Source: Orbicella franksi
Lineage: Eukaryota
Assembly: GCA_964199315.1 (NCBI GenBank)
Contig: OZ116709.1
Coordinates: 5,766,001-5,830,000 of the forward strand
Length of the DNA stretch: 64,000 bases
Reading direction: 5' to 3'
Positions within the stretch are counted from its first letter, which is position 1. Each line of letters starts with the position of its first letter. A model generated the notes under the pieces. It ran no database searches. It was given only the letters and a program-made list of their open reading frames with translations, and was not told the origin of the DNA. Below, one piece after another: positions 26,646 through 38,600 of the stretch. Position numbers and translations under genes: made by a program.

Positions 26646-29600
26646 CAGACTGTTGAAAAAAAATATATTATTATTTGAGGTTTGAAGAAGTGTTTGGGAA
26701 ACCTCGAACTCGGTCTCAAACTCGAAGTTTGGTTTTTGGTTGAATATTGTCATCCTTAATAACTAAGTATACGGTGTGTTCGTATACTTCAAAGAAATAT
26801 CTGTTGTGATTTATTCATTGGCCCCTTGGTGATATTCTTGAATCCGGTCATTTTTTTTAAGAAACTCGTCCCTGGCCTCGACCGCGACCAAGACCTGGCC
26901 CCAGGCCGCGACCGAAACCATTGCCAAGACCGAAACCTCGACCCAGACCTAAACCTGGACCAGGTGAGAATATTACAACACTGTAAAATGCTATGCCACG
27001 GGCTTGAGGTCGTAACTCGTAGCTGGTTTCACCAGTATCAAACAACTTAATCTGCTAAGAGGAAAAGCATCGAAAAGAACGTAACGATTGAGAAGTATGA
27101 AGGTGAAAAGAAAACAATGTTGACTAAATTCAGTTTTAGTCGATCTTTAAAGTCAATTCTCTTAGTAGAATAAAGTAACTAAGATGGCGAACCTCCAGAT
27201 ACTATGAATTTAGAGCGATCTTGCTGTTAGTAAGTAAGTGTGGCAAACATGACGTAACATCCAAGAAGACCTTCTCTTTGAAAGAAATTAAATCTAGTCA
27301 GTTTATATGACTGTGTAACAAGAGTTGTGTCGAGGCCATTATAGACTTTTGTTAAACGTTGTCACTTTCCAGTGTATCCGGTTGGAAGCCGATCAGTTTC
27401 GACCCGTTCGTGTTAGCACTTGGCGCTTTAACTAAATTTCGCATACTCTTTTAAAATAATCTCTTGGTTTCATCGCGTGTATTTAGTGGGCTTAGCTTGG
27501 GAACGAAATTATGGCAAAAATATTTTCTCACGCACCACTGTTGTAGCCATGTCAAGCTGACCGCCGCCGCCTGACCTGTATTGCAAAATCAAAGCTAAGA
27601 CAAGTAAAATTACGGTAAAGACGGAAATAACGAAAAACGTTCAAGGCTTGTACATTACACTGGTATAGTGTAAAAACTTAAAATCTTTGGGTGGGTGAGC
27701 AGGAAAGTCGGCAATGGTGGACGCGACAAAAACAACTACTCGCCTCACAGGTCACATGACCTATACCCATGCCCCAGCGGTGCGTGTGAAAAACAATTTT
27801 CACTTCTTTCGTTTCACTCAGTCAGTAGGACATGTCTCATGTTTAGAAAATGTAAAGCCTAGTTAGAAAACATCTTACAATTGTTACATGTGCTCACACA
27901 TGGATCTGTGTGACAGTGTCGTCTACAGCTGAAGTTGTATTTTTTTTTTTCTCAGTGTGTACAGCCAAACTCGATCTTGCCTTCCTCATCGATGGTTCTG
28001 GTAGCGTGGGCTCGGTAAACTTCCGCCGTTGCCTCTCATTTATCAAAAACGTAATCCGTGGATTCAGAATCTCACCACGATATGCTCGCGTCGCGGCTGA
28101 AGTTTACTCTTCCACTCCCCGCAGGATTTTCACGTTTACTCAATCCAGAAACGCGTATCAAGTTCTCAGAGCTATAGGATCAATACGGTACCCGAGCGGG
28201 GGCACCAACACTGGAAAGGCTCTCTGGGATGTCCTGAGATACATGTTCGGCGGTAGAACCAACCGGAAAAGGGTCCTCCTTGTCCTGACCGACGGACGAT
28301 CCCAGGACCACGTGCTGAAACCCGCACGGGCGCTAAAACGCGCCAATGTTGAAATTTTCTCCGTGGGCGTCGGTCGGGGTTACAGTATGACGCAACTGAA
28401 TGAGATGGCGACTGACCGTAGTCACGTGTTCACTGTCGATTTCCGAAATCTCAATTCTATCATAAAAGCTATCAAAATGAAGGTTTGTAAAGGTAAGTGC
28501 GCTTTTAATACCGAGGTTGTTACATCGCAAACTGTGTATTGATATGCTTTTCGTAAAACCCTTTTATGGTATTTTCAATCAAAGTAAAAATTATTCTTAA
28601 TGTTAGGCTTAAAGATGCGCAAAATTGTCGGGTTTTGTCCTGTAATCCTGTCTACTTTGTCTACTAAAATAATTGGACTACTCGCCCTCGTTTTTTCTGA
28701 GCGAAAACTCTGACTCGTAGTCTAATTGTTAATTGAACTTTCACTGAGCTTTGATTGTAACTACACTACATTTCTCTTTCTTTACTCAAAGGGGGACGAA
28801 AGCCGCCATCACCTCACAGACCATCAGGTATTTACTGAGTTTTTCTCTTCTTGTTTCATTTTCGTTTCCGTTTAGTTGTTTTTGTTGTTTTTGTTGTTGT
28901 TGTTGTTGATGATTTTCGATCTTCGCATTCATTTCTTTGTTATCTTGTCATTCGCACCCTTGGACACCTGATGTCAACTGTTCTCTGACTGGGCAAGAAT
29001 TATATTTGCAAGTGATAATTGTAGAAACGACGTTCTAGTACATCCGACTATTTCAAGTAAAATCTGATGAGTTTATAATCCGTTTATTATTTTAAGGAAC
29101 GCTTCGAGCCGTTGCTGTGTATCCATTAAATGCGCGCACAAAAGCACGAGACATCAGCTTCAGCAGAAATGCACCGGGTATGATGTCAAATGTCCGACTA
29201 GCGACGGGTCCCGACGGAAGGCGCGGAACCAGCTACGAGTTCCTGGGGCGAAAAAACAGCTACATCCAGTTCCCTAATCTCGGCAAACTGGACACGAAGA
29301 AGTCGATCACCATTCTCGCTTGGATTTACCACCAGGGTAGAGCGGGGCCCATTTTTAACTACCATCCGAGCGCTTGGGGTGTCCACTTATGGATGGTTGG
29401 ACGCCGCGCTCTATTTGTTCGTTTTACGAAACGCAGGACTAAAGACTTTACCGCCGCTTTGGTGAGCAGAACTGTCAAGCCTAGCCGCTGGCAGTATGTG
29501 GGCGCATCTTATGACCACACAACCGGAACTGCCAAGTTGTTTGTTGGAGGAAGAATGGTTGCGCGAAAGCGGATTGGAAGAATAAGGCTGGCTACAAATT

Positions 29601-32600
29601 ATCCCGTGAGGATGGGAGTGCGGGTAGGCGATGGAAGATATTTCCGTGGAAGGATATCTTGTCTTCAAGTGTACAACGTTGCCTTAAATACACGACAAAT
29701 AGCAGCACGAGCAAAGAGATGTTTTGTACCAGGTATGCTCCTCTAATTCCATTCGCGCCTTGTTTTCATCTATACCAGATGCCTAATGTAGTTATCCTAT
29801 GACTGTTGTACAGGAATAACTAGGTTCTGTATTTTGTTGTTGGGAAATTGTTTTGATAGCCCCGTAGGTTTAGATTTGTTTAGTTTAAGTTGTTTGTTTC
29901 CAGATTAAGGATAGCTATGCCAAACATATAAGTCATTCCGGGGCTGCGTTTGCCTCAATTATAAGAGAGGCTTGATGAAAAACCTTTCGTCAGTTTATAT
30001 AGGGATAAATTTGACTTTTAACATTTGCAGAAGGTGAGGAAATTATTTTTCTGTTGAAAGATTTAACACTGAGATGACCTCAGCGTGTCATTTTGAGATG
30101 GAGTCAAAAGACAACTCGCAGACGGTCTCTGTGGGTGTTAGAGTATATCTGGTTTAAAGAATACAACGAGAGAGCGTGTACCGTTTTTACCAATTTCTGT
30201 AATATTCAGTCACTGTTGTAGAGAATATCAGCTTTGATGCTAGAATGACACTTAGCCAACAAAATAAATGTTAAAAGGTTAATAGAGGTGCCTCGTATTG
30301 GAAGATGAAATCTAACAACTACTTAGTGGACGTGAATTAATCAAGTATCTATCAATCAAACTTTCCCAGGACTTCCCAAGCCCCGTCCACCTCCGCGCCC
30401 AACAGGAAGACTGTTCAAACGCAGGGGTTGCTACAGAGACACATCCCGCCGAGCCATGGGCAGGCTTCTCGGCAATCTACGAAGAAGGAGAGACGCTGTC
30501 ATGCGATGTTTCCTCTTGGCGACCAGAAGAGGGTACCGAGCATTTGGTGTCCAGGATGGAGGCGAATGCTTCTCTGGACCGCTGGCGCATCGCACCTTCA
30601 GAAGATATGGCCGCACAAACAGATGCAAGAATGGGAGGGGAGGACCTTGGGCTAATGACGTTTATATCATTATCAGAAGAAGTAAGTTAATCAGGTGTTT
30701 GAAATGGTCAAGTGGCTTGAATTAATCCAACTCTTTTTTTGAAAGTATGTATTAGTGTCGTAGTATTGATCTGTTTTGTTGTAAGAACGACTATCTTGTG
30801 GAGGTCTGCTAAAGAGAAAGGCAAGCAAAACTTGGATATTTATTAACCTGAACAGAAACCTTGGTTGTACTCATTGGCTGTACGATGTTGTTCTTCCATT
30901 TTAAACGGTCGAGAAGCTTGAATTCATTCAACCTTTTTTTCCTAAAAGCAAGTATTGGTGTCCTAGTATCGATCCTTCTGTTGCAACAAATCATCTTAAC
31001 GACCATTTTACATAGAGCGGATTTTAACTGAGTGTTGAAAGCAATCAGGCAATTACTTAGGTTTGGTTTTACTATGGTTTGAGACTGGCTTTGTCTTAAT
31101 GGTAAGTAATTGGTTTGGGTTTGGTTTTACGACACTCAATTGAAAACTGCTCCGAACTTGGAGACAGTGGAAGGTGAGCAAAGAGAAAAGCATAGATGGT
31201 TATGGATCTGAACAGAAAAACTGCTGTTCGTTCTTTGGTACTGATTGGCTGTAAGGACGACATTTTCTTTCTCTATCTTTGCGCTCAGCGATGTCGAAAT
31301 TGAAGTGAAAACTTTATGTTAACTACAGAAGCTTGCATTGCTATTAGAATGTAAATCTTGTTTGGTTACCATTGTAGAGCCTATCCCCCGTCCACCTCCT
31401 CGCCCCAGACCTCGACCACGACCAGCATTGCCAGGTGAGACGGAGAGCAACAGCTTCAAACCTAACTTGAGCTTTTCACCATTGGTTACACGTCGTTAGA
31501 ATAAGATTGCAAAACCTTTTAATTCTTGTTTCACTTACGTTTTACAGTCTGCAAGGTCCGTGTGGACCTGGGATTCATTGTGGATAGCTCAGGAAGTGTT
31601 GGTCGTGCCAACTTCATCAGAAGCCTGAACTTCATCAAGAATCTGGTCAGTTCGTTTGTGCTATCTCCTCGAAATTCCAGAGTGGGAATCTTGGTGTACT
31701 CTCATCGTGTCGTCCCAGTGTTCTCCTTCGGTCAATACAAAGGTCTGCGCAGAGTACTCCGAGCCATCGATAGAGTCAAGTACATTGGCGGGGGAACCAA
31801 GACAGGTCGGGCTCTCTCTTACTCCAGGAGGTACCTGTTTGCAAGGAGTAACCGGCGAAAGGTCTTGATCCTGTTGACAGACGGGAAGTCATACGACCGA
31901 GTTGGAAAGCCAGCTGCAGTGTTACGCAATATGGGTGTGCAAGTTTTCGCCGTGGGTGTTGGCAAACGAATAAGCATGAAACAACTCATTCAGATTGCAA
32001 GCAATCGACGGCATATTTTCACAGCGGACTTCAGAAACCTGGGTTCGTTTGTGAGAGCGATTAAGCAAAAGGCTTGCAAAGGTAAGTATAATAATGTTCC
32101 AATGTAATGAAAAAGTTCTTTTTAGCAAAAAGAGTCTATTTTACCTGCCTGTTAAGTAAATTCTCAGTTAATAATCAAAACCTGTTGAGAACAACTGATT
32201 AAGTTTCCCACGCGAGACGATTCGCAGTCCAGTTTTCTTCATATCGGATTGTAGGACATGAGCCTAATCAATCAATCCTTTATGTAGCCACCTAACGTCT
32301 ATGAGTCAAAAGCTCGTTCAAAATACGCACGTGCTAACTAAAGATAAACAGAATGTAAATGGAAAATCGCAAGTATTGCCTCATTGCAATTTCAGTTAAG
32401 AGTTCTTGCCTTTGTTTCAGGTATTACCAAAAGACCAACAAAACCACGTAAGTGCATCAATTTTATTTTGTTTCTATGTGAGATGCTAAAGTACTTATTC
32501 TGGATATGTCTTCTGATATTACTTAAACTGTGATAAGGTTGCTCTTTCCATTCCTACCTCCGTCCGTGTTTTTATACACCACTGTGAGTGAGGCACTAGA

Positions 32601-35600
32601 AGAGGAGACATATGCGATGGATAAATCTCTATCGAAGAGATAAAATGCATCGGTTGCACATATCAGATGATTGTCCTCCTCTGGATAGCAATTCGTCTAC
32701 TGGATAAAGATTTCCTTTTTGATCAGCTGGGGCAAGGACTAGCCTTATTGACGCCAGTTGAAAATGAAATAAGTGTTGAAACAAACCCGTCCAAACTCAA
32801 TACAGTTTCTTTGCAAACATTAATTAATTTCAAAGATTTAACTTTGTTCTTGTCTTGTTTACAGACGCCATGTCAGCTGTCGCTATCTTCCCCTTCAGTA
32901 AAGCTTCCAGAGGAAGGGAACTTCGCAACAGGAGCCCGCCGGCACGTTACTCGAACGTCGTGTATACCCCGGGTCCTGACGGTCTACCATACGGTTCATA
33001 CTACTTCCGCGGACGACCAAGCAGCTATGTTGAGATCCCTAACCGGGGGACACTGGATGTGCGGAGCTGCGTGACAATCTTAGCTTGGATCTATCACCAA
33101 GGACACGCTGGACCCATCGTGAACTACAAACGCAACGGCTGGGGAGTCCACTTCTGGATGGTAAACCCGAAGACACTGTTTGTACGCTACACGCAGCGTA
33201 TTGGACGCCGTTTCACCCACGCTTTGGCGTACCGAGGCGTCAAACCGCATACATGGCAGTTCGTGGGAACATCATACAATAAAAACACTGGTGTTGCCAA
33301 ACTTTATATTAACGGCAAGATGGTGGCGCGCCGCAAGATTGGAAAGATTTCATTGGCTACAAATTACGAGATTAGAGTTGGAGCACGGCAGGGTGACCGT
33401 CGCTACTTCCGTGGACGAATTGCCTGCTTGCAGTTTTACAGCGCTGCTTTGACCACCAACATGATCCGTCGACGAATGAAGGCTTGCTTCAGAAGAGGTA
33501 AATGTGAGCCTTAGGCGCGCTGTTATCAAGCAATAGCACAAAAAACATTATTTTCAGGAAATTTCACTTTCATCCAAAAAAATAATATATAGATTTAGCC
33601 AAGCCTAAAAAAGCGAAGCTCCTTGGCCGCTTTCTTAAAAACCCGATTAAGGTAACCCTGGATAAGTGATAATTTTGATTTGAGTTTTGTAAATTAACGG
33701 TAAGGTTTTCTGTTTATATTTTTGGCCTTCTGTTTTGATTTTGAATAATCTCAAGCCCTGATCCTAAAGTAGTGAAAAACACTTGTATACACTTTAAATT
33801 TATACTTCGGTTAACTTTTAATCCTGGGTTAACCCAATTTCCGAACAACCCGGCCCTAATTACAACAAATTAACCTGACAAGAGCCTGGAATCCAATCCA
33901 AAACAAGTACTTAGCCAGCGGTCAAATTTAAAAAAACGCATGACCTCGATGAGCTATAAACCTGAGCCCGCATTAAAATCACATGATACTGGTTAGCGGA
34001 TACCTTGTTTTGACAGATGTCTATTCAACCTAACATGGATGTCAAATATCAAAGGCGTACGCTGTAAACCAAGACTTGGTATAAGCTGGAGTATGGCCGC
34101 CATGTTGCGCGACGTCGTCGTCGTCGTTGGGCGTACGCGCCCGCGATCCATGCCCCTAGTCATGATGACCGAGAAAAAAGAGTTGCCTGGGTTTTTATTT
34201 CTATGCATGCATGTCATTCTGTTCCTATAGTTATGGTGCTCCACTTGGCGGCCCTTCGGGCCGCCAAAACTCCGCTAATATAGCCGCCATCTTGAAACGA
34301 AGTCCAACATCTCAGATCTTATGTCGTTTTTCTTAGAACTTTGCTAGTCTTTGTCTCTATATTGAGACGGTTTACCCTTACCTGGAACTTCATCTCTTGA
34401 TAGTCCAAACATGTCGGCCATGTTGGTCTAATATGGCCGTCATCTTGAAACAAAGTGTAAATTTTCTGGTCTAATAACTTTTTATGTAGTAGCTTAGTGG
34501 TTTTTGTGTGGATATCAAGATGTAAAACTGTAACGTAAAACTTCATCTCTCGATGGTAGAATCCCATCTCTTCAACGGGTCAAAAAGAGAATGATGTCAA
34601 ACATCCGCCATGTTATTCTAATATGACCCTCATCTTGAAACAAAGACCAACATCTTAGGTCTAATAACTTTTTTCCAAGTACCTTGCCAGTTGTTGTCTT
34701 GACATTAATATAGTCTTCTCTCGCCTGCAACTTTATTTCTCGATATTGTAATCCGATCTCTTTTACGGGTTGAAAAGAGGATTAAGTCAAAAAACAGTCA
34801 TGTGAGCCTAATATTGCCGCCATTTTAAAACGAAGTGCAGCTTTTCTGGTCTAAAAAATTTTTATTTAGTACCTTGGTACTTTTTGTGTGGATATCAAGA
34901 TATAAAACTGTAACGTAAAACTTCATTTCTCGATGGTAGAATCCCATCTCTTCAACGGGTGAAAAAGAGAATCATATCAAACATCCGCCATGTTAATCTA
35001 ATATGGCCGCAATCTTGAAACGAGGTGTAACGTTTGTGGTCTAAGAGCGTTTTTCGTAGTACCTTGCTATTTTTTTCTTTACATCAAGACAGTCTACTGT
35101 CGCCTACAACTTTATCTCTCGATATTAGAAACCCATCTCTTTATGGGTTGAAAAGGAGATGATGTGAAACAGCAGCCATGTAAGTCTAATGTGGCCGCCA
35201 TTGTGAAACGAAGTGCAGCTTTTCTGGTCTAATAACTTTTTATGTAGTACCTTGGAAGTTTTTGTGTCAATATCAAGATATGAAACTGTCACCTAAAACT
35301 TTATCTCACGATGAAACGAAATCTGACATCTCAGGTCTAATAACATTTGTCTTAGTAGTTCGGTAGTTTTTGTCTTTACATCAAGACAGTCTACTGTTGC
35401 CTGGAATTTATCTGTTAGTGTTAGAATCTCATCTCTTTCACGGGTTAAAAAGAAGATCATCATTTCAACGGGTGGAAAAGAGAATGATGTGAAGCTTTCG
35501 CCATGTTAGTCTAATGTGGCCGCCATCTTGAAACAAAGCCCAACATCTCAGGTCTATTGTTTTTATTAGAACTTTGCTCGTCTTCATCTCTATATCGAGA

Positions 35601-38600
35601 TAATCTACTTTCGACTGGAACTTCATCTATTGATATTAGAATCCCTTCTCTTCAACGGGTTGAAAAGAGGATATTGTCCAAACAACGGCCGATGTTTTAC
35701 ATCATCCTCTTTTCAATGTTGATCTCATATGACCGTCATTATGAAACGAAACCTAACTTCTCAAATCTAATAACATTTGTCTTAGTAGTTTGGTAGTTTT
35801 TGTCTTTACATTAACTGAAGACAGTCTACTGTCACCTGGAATTTTATCTCTTGATATTAGAATCCCATCTCTTTCACGGGTTAAAAAGAGGATGAAGTCC
35901 AAACAACGGCCAAGTTAGTCTAATATGGCCGTCATCTTGAAACGAAGTGTAAATTTTCTGGTCAAATAACTTTTTATGTAGTAGCTTGGTAATTTTTGTG
36001 TGGATATCAAAATATAAATATGTCACACAAAACTTCATCTCTCGATGGTAGAATCTCATCTCTTCAACGGGCGAAAAAGATAATGATGTCAAACATGTGC
36101 CAAGTTACTCCAATATGGCCGCCATCTTAAAACGTAGTCCAACATCTCAGGTCTAGCAACGTTTTTCCTAATACCTTGCCAGTTTTTGTCTTTCCATCAA
36201 GACGTAAAACTTCATCTCTCGATAATAGAATCCCATCTCTTCAACGGGTGAAAAAGAGAATGATGTCAAACATCGGCCATGTCAGTCTGATATGGCCGCC
36301 ATCTCGAAACGAAGTCTAACATGTCAGGTCTAATAACGTTTTTGTTAGTACCTTGCTAGTTTTTCTCTTTACATCAAGACAGTCTACTTTTGCCTGGAAC
36401 TTAATCTCTCGACATTAGGCTCCATCTTTTTCACGGGTTAAAAAGAAGATGATGTCAAACAACGGCCATATTAGTGTAATATGGCCGCCATCTTAAAACG
36501 AAGTTCAACTATTCTGGTCTTATAACTCTTTTATTAGTAGCTTGGTAGTTTTTGTATGAATATCAAGATATAAAACTGTCACTGAAAACTGTATCCCTCG
36601 ATGTTAGAATCACATCTCTTTAACGAGTGGAAGATAGTATGATGAGAAACATCGGCCATGTTAGTGTAATATGGCCGCCATCTTGAAACGAAGTCCAGCA
36701 TCTCAGGCCTTTTGTCATTTTTCTCCGAACCTTGCTAGTCTCTGTCTCTATATCAAGACGGTCTACTCTCGCCTTAGAATCACATCTCCTGAACGTGTTG
36801 AAAAGAGGATGAAGTCCAAACAACAACCAATGTTTCACATCATCCTCTTTTCCCTGTTGATCTAATGTGGCTGTCATCATGAAAGGAAACCTAACTTCTT
36901 CTTTTTTTGTTGTTTTAATTAATTAACAACTGGCGTTTTCTTGTTGTAGGTCCGATGCCTGTTCCTATTCCGAGGCCGGGACCTGGTGGAAGAGGTGAGT
37001 ATCGGGAGGCAACTAATTAAGACTTTTCATGGCGCCTGTTTTTTTTTTCAACAAACTGTAACTCAGCCAGCAAGGCACTGGATCCGTTGCTCTCTGTTGT
37101 CGTTTAGAGCGCGCCTCTTGTGTCCATAAAGTTACCTTTTGCTACAGTCTTCTTCACAGTTCACTGTTTAAGGGTTTGAAATAATTAATTTCTCAGTGAT
37201 CTCCACATAAAGAAATTTCGATTTACTTAATTACTTTAAAATGAACTAATGCCACATTTCTTGTCATTCCTTGAAACAAGTACTGATTCACAGTACTTTC
37301 AACTTCTTTACCGAATTGTTTCAGTTTGCAAAACACGACTCGACCTTGGTTTCATCATCGATGGCTCAGGAAGCGTTGGTCTGTCCAACTTCAAACGCTG
37401 CCTTCAATTCATTAGGAACATGGTTCGTACCTTTGTCATCTCGCGTCGCTTCACGCGAGTCGGTGCCGTCCTTTATAACACGAGAGCCTTCAAAGTATTT
37501 GGTTTCAATCGGTACGGTAACAAGAACCAAGTCCTGCTCGCAGTAAGGCGTATAAGCTATCCTAAAGGAGGCACCATGACGGGACGGGCCATCAATTATG
37601 CGTACCGCTATCTCTTCCGTCGAAGTAGAAGACGAAAGGTGTGTATTATCATGACAGACGGACGATCGTACGACAGTGTGGTGGGTCCTGCACGAAGCAT
37701 GCGCAAGGCAGGGGTGGAAATCATTACGCTTGGCTTGGGATTGCGGTACAATATAAGGCAGTTGAGGAAGATGGCTTCCAATCGTCGACTGGTGTTCACA
37801 GCACGATTTAGAAATCTGAATTCTGTTGTCAGGGTTATTAAAAGGAAAGCATGTGGTGCGACAGGTTAGTAAAAGGAAGAATGTGAAATTCAGGCATTTT
37901 AATCCCAAGATTGCTAAATTTAAAATTAAGAAAAAAGAAAGGAAAATCTGTTTGGTACAGTAAAATGTTAATTAACGAACGGCACAACAACAAAGTTCTG
38001 ATAAATAGCTTTAATTTAAACGGTCACTCCTCAAAGTTTTAAAGCCACCAGCATGATAAACAGTAACACCTCATAAAAGTACTACTCAACAGCTTTTATT
38101 GGAATGGTCACACAGTAGGGTTTCATCCTACACATCATATTAAATAGAGTTTCATCCACGTGGCAGTTGTAATGGTTCCAACCACGGATAAGATAGGGTC
38201 TTCTACACACGGTAATGATTTTGTTCCATTAGAGAACAGTCGAGTTAATCCTGTTCCCTTCTGTCAGTTGTATTTAAAAGTTATGACTTCATTTCTCCAA
38301 GGTGTTAAACCAAAGCCTCGCCCTAGTCCCAAGCCTCCACGTCCTGGTCAAGCTACATACTTCTGGGAAGGCTGTTACAATGACAAAAGAAGACGAGCCA
38401 TAAGGTACAGACTTGGAAACTTCCACAGACGAAAAGACCCAGTGAGCGCATGTGCTGCAGCAGCCTTGAGACGTCGTTTCAAAGTATTTGCAGTAGAGAA
38501 TGGTGGAGAATGTTACTCTGGCCGCTCGGCTCATCGAACATACAACCGTTACGGACCCACCAATCGTTGCAGGCGAGGCAGAGGAGGCCCGTGGGCAATG

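Noticed and set aside
34278-36895. CRISPR-like array
   Set aside because: Eukaryotic intron; full-length monomers repeat with no unique spacers, and there are no cas genes.
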